Positions 10,401-17,924 of a stretch of DNA of 32,000 bases are shown piece by piece. Source of the DNA: Mycolicibacterium smegmatis (GTDB taxonomy: Bacteria; Actinomycetota; Actinomycetes; Mycobacteriales; Mycobacteriaceae); assembly GCF_001457595.1 (NCBI RefSeq), contig NZ_LN831039.1, positions 1,380,001 through 1,412,000 on the forward strand. The letters are read 5' to 3'. The notes beneath the pieces are model-generated. The model saw only the letters and a program-made list of their open reading frames with translations. It did no database searches and was not told where the DNA came from. The translations under genes and the position numbers were made by a program. Position 1 is the first letter of the stretch; every line of letters starts with the position of its first letter.

Positions 10401-10803
10401 GGCGAAGCTTGTCGCAGGAGCGTTCGGGCTGGGCCGGGTCAACGATGATCGTCGCCGTTCAATTCAACGTGTGGTGCCGACCGAATACCGGCGCGACCGT
10501 GACGACTTCTATTGGGGCGCTGGCGTAAACCCCGACGAATGGTCACTCGTGCGGCAGCCTGAAGACGGGGGAAGCCGGCCTCTCGATGAGGTCAGCCTCA
10601 TCGAGATTGGCAACGCCATGTTGATCGTCGCTGAGCAGACCGGCGGTATCGAGCGCGAAGAGCTCAAGCGCGAGGCACTTGCGCTCTTCGGTGGTCGCCG
10701 CATCACCCAGGCGATCGGCGCTCGGCTGGACGACGCGCTGAAGCGTGCTGTCGACAGGCGAGTGTTGAAGTATTCGCCGGCGGGGTTGGTGGTGGTCGCC
10801 TAG
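4435..10803 (+). CDS. Giant multidomain defence-type protein: Swt1-family HEPN / transglutaminase-like / DUF4011 / SF1 helicase / REase (MTES_1575-like) / DUF3320-like
   Basis: 2122 aa; GTG start preceded by gaggggga. Motifs: RNKWAH (4732-4749), GTCLDTTLTMAAVLEQAGI...GHAFLGYW, WKNALLDLSLRNRLINF, GPPGTGKSQTI (around 7014), VVFDEASQIR, VVVGDSKQMPP, NVQGDERDTILFS, NVAVTRARREVVLY, FRVDLVIADPDEPDRALVAVLLDG, C-terminal FYWGAG winged-helix-like tail. Confidence 0.93.
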   Translation: MINTGDHHALVGQALTVLARGLSPFVNHVLAKAVPPGTEWPELLRRKDAANGRGGGEYRSTDLAMMLRAMTERVGDVGWPFNRSMPRQAEIYAKELREVRNKWAHTGEFTAPEAYRAIDSAELLLRAIDAPEPAAALAQLKAAVSPLATGTPTNSETPVTTTTATKTAPHVLTPPRPPHPDAPRIDIAAIPDLSYAMAHCRIPVIDHITIDNTFGDLLGATIEIDVVSAEGSHGGPREVHADLSPGRPTTLRDVDLKLDPASMLTVDEQRPADIRVVVRDPAGTALAEAAHPVNVLAANQWKASPTQLALEMLAAYVQPNSTAVAALMPKVSDRLLATTGNSAIDGYQSENPDRVDAIARAVFEAMRACDIRYAEPPASWGDDGQKVRTPAEVLEGRLGTCLDTTLTMAAVLEQAGINTTIWVLRGHAFLGYWRTDSALSTVSTTEAVEVANQVDLGAIGLIETTMVTQSADGATFDDARAVPRIKYLSDGLGDVIGITDIRQARQARIHPLPSRAVDDQGNVVVTEYKPANGPVIMPYVATGTKAAAPQGAVPARVTQWKNALLDLSLRNRLINFTDRAGFRIEIPGPALARFEDAINAGDKITLMASDAVKSVDQARGIRFGRDLPEQERELLLADKHSAYIDITDASYQRGLRNLAYKARTIREETGANNLYLAFGMLSWHLNDRELRSPLILVPVSLSTSNRGQSYVLTIDDAGASTPNYCLVEKLRTALGLEIPGLANPDEDASGIDLAGTFNSVRHAIADAGLAFRVEDTVHLSILQFAKFPLWKDLDESWEALSRNPLVKHLIETPTSQFVDPVAPPEDVDLDELGASVPVPADSSQLRAVAEAVGGRTFVLEGPPGTGKSQTITNLLAHAMAAGRRVLFVAEKRAALDVVKKRLESVGLGELSLDLHDKSARPAAVRAQIKEALELRVTHDADLLRTKLQSAESSRRSLARYAERLHEMNAVGHSLYTARSRELAADPDVEPFEVPKSLVASADPSILDAVDEVMRGLPEKVDLARPRREHAWGFIDSVPASGLDAAEVYTAAVEFDAALEDVLEGGLALDQLAKAHSPNAVVAWARLAAEPRFPLDAVDSLHEAEGQNQLNGIDQLSAKLGATQPDWLATATPAAMDLDIPAIHKSAVEADESGFFGRKKRRRAVREQLADVLAVDPSTVKLKTLSTLTADIETTYRDVSDLRGRVAKLPTRLIDPSWNPLVSDDATRLADALAAVRRVGKVLSEHPDEPRISAMRAFYRDTGQGALAQPLQRLASAWQRLTAVTGTSEDGQRMWAGEGSFLEQWWATRGDRKLQTPASAERWVDLLTHVEPLRKAGMDHVRVDILKGMVVPEDAPLAFDHGAARASVTERLEASALGDFHVTAHNKTIQRFTSSASAIREELRRAIPAELLGSRTFDAAADTGQVGGLRRQLDRKRGGMSVRALMDNFGELITQILPCTLMSPDSVARFFPARPDIFDIVVFDEASQIRVADAIGAMGRAKSVVVVGDSKQMPPTSFAEASATVDDDEDYNPDVVADEESILTECVHAQVPQQWLSWHYRSQDEALIAFSNVHYYGGQLASFPAPHAGTAGHGISLVRVDGHFERSGKGKTLRTNRVEAERIVEDIRRRFAESPDRAPSLGVITFNAQQRDLIENMLRDTRDERLLAALDEPDGLFVKNLENVQGDERDTILFSVAFSKKENGVLPLNFGPLSRPGGERRLNVAVTRARREVVLYASFDPADLRAEETTQVGTKHLKAYLELAARGVDTIIDGGKRQPVIDRHRDDIAEALRNEGFVVRTDVGLSEFRVDLVIADPDEPDRALVAVLLDGAEWYRRKTVADRDGLPIDVLSNLMHWPSVERVWMPEWLNYREATLERLRQAVDDAKQRLAQPVEKPSEPVETPTLVIPPPVTGPEHEPATIGSLKSAPTVTAPKPKQHPNIRAFEEWSPRIAGDKSVLDALPSPWARSQVLTVAREIIEVEAPIHRDRLAKLVAGAFGLGRVNDDRRRSIQRVVPTEYRRDRDDFYWGAGVNPDEWSLVRQPEDGGSRPLDEVSLIEIGNAMLIVAEQTGGIEREELKREALALFGGRRITQAIGARLDDALKRAVDRRVLKYSPAGLVVVA

Positions 10804-11174
10804 AAGGTTGCGCGTGCCGGCTGTTCGCACCTCGTCGCTCCGTTGAAGGGGATATTGTTCGGTGGTCGATGATGGTGCCGTCGATGACCGCTGCATGCGG
10901 TTCAACGCTAACGCATTCCGTGTACCACCGCCACGACGGAAGCGGACAAATGTTGGCGTAGCCAGGATTTGACGGGTTCACGTGCGCCAGTAGTTCGGAG
11001 ACGCCACAACTCAAAGACGCCAAGCTTTATGGCCGCCCGGAGAGATCGCCGGGACCTGTACCACCCCGGCGGAGACCAAGGGAGACACTCCTGACGATCA
11101 AGATCTGGCAGAAGGCGTTGATTCCTTTGCTTGAGTGATTTTGGTCGGTCTCTCGAAGGACGCTTCTATGTTTG

Positions 11175-12208
11175 TCAATGGGCGACTGAGGTGTTGAGCA
11201 CCCGGAAGAGTTCGCGGGCGGTGTAGCGCTTGAGTGCGCGGCGGATCTCGGCGTCGGATCTGCCTTTCGCCCGGCTGGCAGCAATGCAGGCGTGGGTGCG
11301 GGGGACATCCGCCACCGCGTCAACACGATATCGTGCAGCGCCCGATTGAGATGGCGGTCGCCGCCGCGATTGAGTCGGTGCCGGTGGGTGCGACCGCTGC
11401 TGGCGGGTACCGGGCTGACTCCGGCAAGGGCCGCGAAGGCGGCTTCGTGACGGCGACCGTGATGCGACCAGGACACGAGCAACTGGCCGCCGCTGACCGG
11501 GCCGACGCCGAGTCGGTCCTGCAAGCCAGGGGCGAATGCCTCGACCAGTTCGGCCAGCTGGCGCTTGTTATCGGCGAGGCGCGGGCGCCGTCGCGGATCG
11601 CCAATGCCAACCGGCGTGCTTTGGCGCAACGTACGCGGGCTTCGGTCGAGGCGCCGCGGTCCCCGCGCCGGCGCGCGATGACTCCGAGGTTGTGTCCGAC
11701 ATCGAGCAACGGGCGAGCGCGCGATCGTCATCGTCGCCGGTGAACAGCAGCGCCCGAAGCCTGTTGATCTGCGCGGTGCGCGAGATGGTCATGTCGCTGC
11801 GCGCGCTAAGAAGTATGCGGATAGCTTCACGATCACCGCCGCGGGCAATGGCTTTCGTTCGTCATCCATGCGCAACACCTCAAGCGCAGCAAGCCGGGCG
11901 TCGACGGGATCGGACTTGCCGCGACGGCGGTGACGCCGACGCGGGCACTCGACCTCGACCACGACCAGACCGGCGTTGTTGAGTGCGCGCGCCAGACCAA
12001 TTCCGTAACTACGAGTTCCCTCCAGCCCGACGATAACGCCAGGCCCGGGCGCATGCTCGGCGATCCACTCCAACGCGCCAATGAATCCCGACGCGTTGTT
12101 CTCGATAGTCAGTGTCGCGATCGTTGTGCCGTTGGGTGCGGTCATCTCCAATGCGTGAGTGTCTCGGTGGGCGTCGCCACCGATGACAGCGCCCACCGTT
12201 TCTGCCAC
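11175..12208 (-). pseudogene. IS110-family (DEDD/Transposase_20) transposase, broken by frameshifts
   Basis: N-terminus MVAETVGAVIGGDAHRDTHALEM...GVIVGLEGTRSYG...GKSDPVDA (frame of ORF 11789-12286), middle TAQINRLRALLFTGDD (another frame), then GVGPVSGGQLLVSWSHHGRRHEAAFAALAGVSPVPASSGRTHRHRLNRGGDRHLNRALHDIVL, and the C-terminal EIRRALKRYTARELFRVLNTSVAH in yet another frame, ending at 11175. Confidence 0.87.
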
Positions 12209-12501
12209 CATTGCCACGGGCCTTGCGCTCCTGTCCAGTGCACGGATCAGGGCGGCACCGGCCCGGGAGGATCCGCTCGGCGGCATATCTGTGATGGGTC
12301 ACGCGCCACGACAGCAGCACGGACAGGCTTCTGATCAGGCCAGAGGTGGGGCGGGCCGGTGCCGATGCCAGCGACGACGGGTCCTTCGCACGGCACACCA
12401 ACCCGGCGGCCAAATCACGCGTGAGTCAGTCCCTGGCATCGACACCGATCCTGACAGCGACTCAAACCGGAATTTGTCAAGGTGTTTGAGTCCAGTGGGT
12501 G

Positions 12502-13515
12502 TTAAGCGGCTTCCGTTTCGGTCTCCTGTTCGGCCGGTTTGGGTGGGTTGATCGCCGCGGATTCAGGTAGGTCGATGACCTTGGGTGCGGTGTCGCGGCC
12601 GAATCGGCGTGGGTGGCGCGCCCTGGCGTCGGCGAGCACGGCTCGGCGCTGGGTGTCTTTCCCGCCGGCGAGGCCGTAGAACACATCGGCGGGTGTGTGC
12701 AGCCCGATGCCGCTGTGGCGGTGTTCATGGTTGTACCACTGCACGAATCGGTCCATGAAATCCCTCGCGTGATGGATGGATTCGAAGCGTTCCGGGAACG
12801 CCGGCGCATACTTCAAGGTCTTGAACCAGGACTCGCTGTAGGGGTTGTCGTTGGATACCTTGGGCCGCGAATGCGAGCGGATGACTCCCAGATCCGAGAG
12901 CAGTCCGGCGACGGTGTTGCTGGTCATCGAGGTGCCCCGATCAGCGTGCACGACGTGTGGGATGCCGTAGGTGCCGAAGATCTGTTCCATCATCTCCTTG
13001 GCCAGCTGGCCGCATTCGCGGGCGTGCACATGGACCCCGACGATGTAACGCGAGTAAATGTCGATCATCACGTAGGCGTCGTAGTAGACCCCTTTGACCG
13101 GGCCGGCCAGTTTGGTGATGTCCCACGAATACACCTGCCGCGGCGCGGTGGCCACCAGTTCCGGGCAGACCGCTTTGCGGTGCCGGGCCAGCCGACGGCG
13201 CTCCTTGACCAGCTTGTTGGCATTGAGGACGCGGTACATCGTCGACACCGAACACAGGTAGCTGCCTTCATCGAGCAACGTGGCCCACACCTGCATCGGC
13301 GCGGCATCGACGAACCGGGCACTGTTGAGCACCTCAACCACCCGGGCGCATTCGGACTCGGTGAGCTTGTTGACCGGGACCGGTCGTGGTGCCCGATCGG
13401 CAGGCGCCGGCGCGGGTTTGGCGCGTCGAGTGGCCGTCGAGCGGTGCATGCCGGTCACCTCCGCGGCCTTGCGGGTCGGAATCTGGATATCCCGCAGATC
13501 GTTGTAGGCATCCAT
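12502..13515 (-). CDS. IS3-family transposase OrfB (DDE integrase)
   Basis: 337 aa; APRQVYSWDITKLAGPVKGVYYDAYVMIDIYSRYIVG...VHADRGTSMTS...SRPKVSNDNPYSESWFKTLKY...RHSGIGLHTPADVF. Confidence 0.95.
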   Translation of the reverse strand: MDAYNDLRDIQIPTRKAAEVTGMHRSTATRRAKPAPAPADRAPRPVPVNKLTESECARVVEVLNSARFVDAAPMQVWATLLDEGSYLCSVSTMYRVLNANKLVKERRRLARHRKAVCPELVATAPRQVYSWDITKLAGPVKGVYYDAYVMIDIYSRYIVGVHVHARECGQLAKEMMEQIFGTYGIPHVVHADRGTSMTSNTVAGLLSDLGVIRSHSRPKVSNDNPYSESWFKTLKYAPAFPERFESIHHARDFMDRFVQWYNHEHRHSGIGLHTPADVFYGLAGGKDTQRRAVLADARARHPRRFGRDTAPKVIDLPESAAINPPKPAEQETETEAA

Positions 13516-13943
13516 CAGCGCTTGGTCGGCGGCGTGTCGGTGTCCGCGCTCTCGGAGAGAGACTCCAAGAGCGCGTGTGCTTTTCCCATGATCCCCAGGG
13601 CAGCCTCGGTGGTCGCCAGCCGATTATTGGCCTGGGCGAGTTCCTTTTTCAGGCGGGCGATCTCGGCCTGCTCGCGGGTGAGTTTACCGACCTTCTCCCC
13701 AGGTGCCTTGCCTTCCAACACCCCAGCATCGCGTTGTTTGCGCCACTCGGCGATCTGCGAGGAATACAACCCCTCACCGCGCAGGTACGCCCCACCATCG
13801 TTGGTCGTACAGGCCTGCTCATAGGCATCCAGGTGGGCCAGCTTCTGCGCCGGAGAAATCGAGCGCCGCCGGCGCGGGCCATCAGATCGCGGTGAAGGTG
13901 CCACCGCTCCAGTCTCGCGCACAGCAGCCATCGTCGTCGTCAT
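13515..13943 (-). CDS. IS3-family transposase OrfA
   Basis: 142 aa, identical to ORF 107..535; stop overlaps the OrfB start by 1 nt (TGATG). Confidence 0.92.
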   Translation of the reverse strand: MTTTMAAVRETGAVAPSPRSDGPRRRRSISPAQKLAHLDAYEQACTTNDGGAYLRGEGLYSSQIAEWRKQRDAGVLEGKAPGEKVGKLTREQAEIARLKKELAQANNRLATTEAALGIMGKAHALLESLSESADTDTPPTKR

Positions 13944-14555
13944 GGTTCAGGTGATTCCGTTCTCGCCCCGAGATCAAGCCAAGTTGCCAAGTTGCTAAGT
14001 ACCAGTGGACTCAACTCACCCTGACACCCAGGGAACAGCCGAATCGCTACAACACACACTCACAAATCACGCGATGACCTTCATTCATTCGGCTACGACA
14101 CGCCGGTACTGCTAATGAGGTCCGACTCGTACACCACTCTGCTGGACGCAACCCGTCAACGTGCAGGAAAGGAGTCGCATGAGGCGTGTCTTCGCTTTCC
14201 GCCGCTGCGACGATCGCCTCCATCTCGCGGCCGCCTTCGAGAACCGTGAAAGGGCAACCGGCGCATGGTCCGCGGTCATGAAGTCCCGCAGGCGTCTGGC
14301 CACAGCCATTGATTGCGAGACCTGACCGCCCCTGGCGAATAACGGCAGTCACAACACGTCCTCTGTACATTTCCTGGCCTGCACAGTTCGTGTATTCGTG
14401 GCGGGTGGCAAGAAATCGAACGGATGTCGGCAGTGGGCGTTATTCTCTCGGAAGGTTGCTGGAGTTGAATGATGGGAATCGGCCGCGCGCAAGAGGACGT
14501 ATCAAGTGATCAATGAAAGCGTTGTTGTACCGGGTAGGGGAGACGGAACGCATCA

Positions 14556-17500
14556 ATGATGGGCCTTGATCCCGTGTCGGACAGGCGAACCGAGCCGACA
14601 TTTGGGTACCACCCAGACGCCGACCGGGTGGATGTTCCACTTGACCTAGCTGAGTTTAGTCGAGCGGTCGTGCTGGACCGTCCCGTGGCAAACCTCAGAG
14701 ACCGGGTCGCGGACTGCCGGATCCTCTGGCAGGCAGAAGCGGGCTTGCCCGAGGGCGTGTATTGGTTCGAGGGCATCGAGTCCCCGATGCTGATGCAGGT
14801 GGCTGCCGGTGCACCGCCCGGTGACTCAGCGGTTGTTCCAGTTGCGTCGCTGCCTGACGACCATCCACTGATGAACGCTTGGGGGTGGGCAGAGGAACTG
14901 TGGGAGCGGGCCGTGCCCGTGCCTGCGCCCAAGTTCGCTATCAACGAGGTCGCAGTGACCCATCCGGGTGACAGGGATGTGACGATCAGGGACCGCCGGT
15001 TCTTCAGCGACGAGTGGTCGTACTCGGTCACCATGGACGGGCGGCGCATCGATGTGATCGAGTCGAAGTTGCGAGCTCGCCCTCAGCTCGATGATCCTCG
15101 CGCATGGGTGTTGAAGGAGCCTACGCCTGCTGGTCGGTTTGGTGCCACACTTACCCGCGCAAAGCTGCTGGGTAAGTTCGCGAATACCCTCTTCTCGTTC
15201 CGTGCTACGCGCACCACGTTTCGTCCCTACCAGTTCAAACCGGTGTTAAAGCTACTACAGACTGGCAAGGCGCGATTGCTCATCGCCGACGAGGTCGGTC
15301 TGGGCAAGACGATCGAAGCGGGTTTGATATGGACTGAGTTGGAAGCGCGGCAGGAAGCGGATCGTGTTCTGGTCGTCTGCCCGTCGAGCTTGTTGGCCAA
15401 GTGGAAAGAGGAGATGGCGGACAGGTTCGGCTTCGAGCTGACGGAACTCGATGCCAGTGGCTTGGCGCAGTTTTACGACAGGCATCTGCAGAACCGTCTC
15501 CCACGACGGCAGGCGTACATCTGCAGTATGGAACGCCTACGTACGTGGGGCGGACTGGATGATTTCAGAGATGTCCCCCCTGAGTTCGACCTTGTCATAG
15601 TTGACGAAGCGCATTCGATGCGAAATTCAGACACCAAGAGCTATGCCTTGGGCACACAACTAGACGAGTGGGCGGACAACCTGGTATTCCTGACTGCAAC
15701 GCCCATCAACCTGCACCAAACGGATCTTCTCAATCTGTTGGAGCTGTTGGCTCCTGGAGACTATGGGGACATCCGCGATCTCGAAATGCGTCTGGAACCC
15801 AACCGCATCACCAACCGCGTTGTGGCTCGACTCAGCGAGAAGGGGGTCACCGGCCACGAACTTCTTGGCGAATTGGAACAGTTGTCCGCGACACCATATG
15901 GCCGAGCACTGACACAAAGGCCGGATTTCAATCTCTTGCGTGATGTCCTGGGGAAGACTGAACTTACGCCGCGCGACATTGTCGACGCCAAACGTACCTT
16001 ATCGGAACTGAACACACTGTCCACTGTTATCACACGCACAAAGAAGGTCGAAGTCGACGACCGAAAGGCGAAGCGCAAGGAGGACCGCAGGAATATTCAG
16101 TGGACTGATGCAGAAGAAAGGTTCTACGCCGAATACCTCGAGTGGTGTCGTACGCGAGCGGCGGAACTGGGGCGGCCGCTGTACTTCGCGATGCAGATGC
16201 CATTGCGGCTCGCGAGTGCCTGTCTGCCGATGGCGCGAAAGGCCGTCCTGGAACCTGACGCATTCGGTCAGATTTCCGACTCGGACTCGGGCGAGGTTTC
16301 CAGTCGGCTCGAGCCACACGAGGCACTTGTCGATGCGGCTCTCGCGCTCCCCGAAGGTGTCGACACCAAGTTCGACGTGCTTCGTGAGGTGCTATCCAGT
16401 CTACACTCGGGCAACCGTCAAGCGTTGATCTTCACGTTCTCGGTCCCCACCCTGGCCTACTTGAGTGATCGACTCAGCGAGGATTATCGAGTTGCGGTAA
16501 TGCACGGTGGAGTAAAGCGCGAGTCCCGTATCAAGATCATGGCCGACTTCCGTTCGGGTCAGTACGACTTTGTGCTGGCAAACCGCGTTGCCAGTGAGGG
16601 TCTTGACTTCGAATTCTGTTCCGCAGTAGTCAACTATGACCTTCCCTGGAACCCTATGGAAATTGAGCAGCGCATAGGCCGGATCGATCGGATTGGGCAG
16701 CAAGACGAGGCAATCGTTGTCGTCAACTTTGTCAACGAGAGCACGATTGATGAGCGGATCCTCAGTCGTCTCCTCGACCGCATCGAGATCTTCGAATCCT
16801 CCATCGGCGCGCTCGAACCCATCGTCACGGTGCACGCACGGGAGATTCTTCAGGCCGGGTTCGACTTCACGCTCACGCGCTGCGAGCGTGAACAGAAGGT
16901 CCACGAGATGTTGACGGCTCTTGAAGAGCAGCGCGCCGGCCTGGAGGACGTCGCCGACGCTGCCAGCGCACTTCTGGTGAGCAACGATGTCGAAGTGGCC
17001 GGGCTGGAAGACGATTTGGTACGCACAGGCCAGTACATCGGGCAGCAAGAATTGGCGTCACTACTTGACGACTGGGCACGAATCGACGGTGCGCCTGGGA
17101 TCAAACGGATCGGTGACGGGAACACCGTCGAACTGCTTGGAAATCCGGCGATGGCTTCTCGCGTCAACGACCTGGTGAAGAAGCACCAGCGGACCCGCTC
17201 GGAGACGAGACTCATTTCCGCCAGCCTGCGCAACGAGTTACCCATACCGCTCGTTCTTGACCAGGAGACCGCTCGAACGGGTGGCGGAACCCTGCTCACC
17301 GCGACAAATCCTCTTGTCATGGCTGCCGCGTCAGTGCCGGGGCATCGTCAAGCTCGATTCGCTTCTCTGAGGATTGTCACCGGAGAGGATGATGTCGTAC
17401 CCGGTATCTACATTGTGGTACTGGCGACGGCGATTTCAGCCGCGCGGGGTGGAGATGAGATTTGGGGGAGCGCCGTAGACCAACAGGGGCGGAATGCGGG

Positions 17501-17924
17501 CGAGTGGCCGGTGAACGTACTACTTGCAGCATTGGCGGAGGGCAACCTCGCCGATGCACCGATGCCGGATGTCAACAAACTTGACCGCCTCGCCGAACGA
17601 GCGCTGAACCAGCTGCACTTTAGGCATGCGCGGGAGCAGAAGCGACGCGACGATGAGTTTGAGTCTCTGCGAGACGCCAAGCTCATTAGTCTGCGGGCGC
17701 AGCACCTTCGCAGGAGAGAAGCAATCGAGAATCGGATCGCTACTGCGCAGAGCCGGGGCCGTGGTGAGCGCGCGATCGATCTATTCCGCAGTCAGCTACG
17801 GCGGGCGGAGGAGCGCTACGAAGCCCTGGTGGCTGATCTGTCGACCCAGGCGCAACCTGAGATTCGACTAGAGCCCCTGGGCGCCTGCGTCATGAATGTC
17901 GGCGTCGCTGGAGAGTCTGCATGA
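14556..17924 (+). CDS. SNF2/RapA-like SF2 helicase
   Basis: 1122 aa; LLIADEVGLGKTIEAGLIW, RVLVVCPSSLLAKWKEEM, LVIVDEAHSMRN, VFLTATPINL, ALIFTFSVPTLAYLSDRL, FVLANRVASEGLDFEFCSAVVNYDLPWNPMEIEQRIGRIDRIGQ. Confidence 0.95.
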   Translation: MMGLDPVSDRRTEPTFGYHPDADRVDVPLDLAEFSRAVVLDRPVANLRDRVADCRILWQAEAGLPEGVYWFEGIESPMLMQVAAGAPPGDSAVVPVASLPDDHPLMNAWGWAEELWERAVPVPAPKFAINEVAVTHPGDRDVTIRDRRFFSDEWSYSVTMDGRRIDVIESKLRARPQLDDPRAWVLKEPTPAGRFGATLTRAKLLGKFANTLFSFRATRTTFRPYQFKPVLKLLQTGKARLLIADEVGLGKTIEAGLIWTELEARQEADRVLVVCPSSLLAKWKEEMADRFGFELTELDASGLAQFYDRHLQNRLPRRQAYICSMERLRTWGGLDDFRDVPPEFDLVIVDEAHSMRNSDTKSYALGTQLDEWADNLVFLTATPINLHQTDLLNLLELLAPGDYGDIRDLEMRLEPNRITNRVVARLSEKGVTGHELLGELEQLSATPYGRALTQRPDFNLLRDVLGKTELTPRDIVDAKRTLSELNTLSTVITRTKKVEVDDRKAKRKEDRRNIQWTDAEERFYAEYLEWCRTRAAELGRPLYFAMQMPLRLASACLPMARKAVLEPDAFGQISDSDSGEVSSRLEPHEALVDAALALPEGVDTKFDVLREVLSSLHSGNRQALIFTFSVPTLAYLSDRLSEDYRVAVMHGGVKRESRIKIMADFRSGQYDFVLANRVASEGLDFEFCSAVVNYDLPWNPMEIEQRIGRIDRIGQQDEAIVVVNFVNESTIDERILSRLLDRIEIFESSIGALEPIVTVHAREILQAGFDFTLTRCEREQKVHEMLTALEEQRAGLEDVADAASALLVSNDVEVAGLEDDLVRTGQYIGQQELASLLDDWARIDGAPGIKRIGDGNTVELLGNPAMASRVNDLVKKHQRTRSETRLISASLRNELPIPLVLDQETARTGGGTLLTATNPLVMAAASVPGHRQARFASLRIVTGEDDVVPGIYIVVLATAISAARGGDEIWGSAVDQQGRNAGEWPVNVLLAALAEGNLADAPMPDVNKLDRLAERALNQLHFRHAREQKRRDDEFESLRDAKLISLRAQHLRRREAIENRIATAQSRGRGERAIDLFRSQLRRAEERYEALVADLSTQAQPEIRLEPLGACVMNVGVAGESA

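Larger units (their letters stand above)
12475..14034 (-). mobile_element. Full-length IS3-family insertion sequence (same element as at 1-626)
   Basis: Inverted ends TGTCAAGGTGTTTGAGTCCAGTGG (12475) versus TGTCAGGGTGAGTTGAGTCCACTGG (reverse complement, terminating at 14025); OrfA+OrfB inside. Copy identity with 1-626 extends to 14034, so the exact right boundary (14025 vs 14034) is uncertain. Confidence 0.88.

Noticed and set aside
12613-13824. 403-aa plus-strand ORF (with 126-aa relative at 36-416)
   Set aside because: Antisense to IS3 OrfB/OrfA; the repeated translation merely reflects the duplicated IS.
14047-14370. 107-aa minus-strand ORF between the IS3 copy and the SNF2 gene
   Set aside because: No recognisable domain or convincing ribosome binding site; composition not distinctive.
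16401-17048. 215-aa minus-strand ORF
   Set aside because: Antisense to conserved C-terminal motifs of the SNF2-like helicase; no supporting motif.
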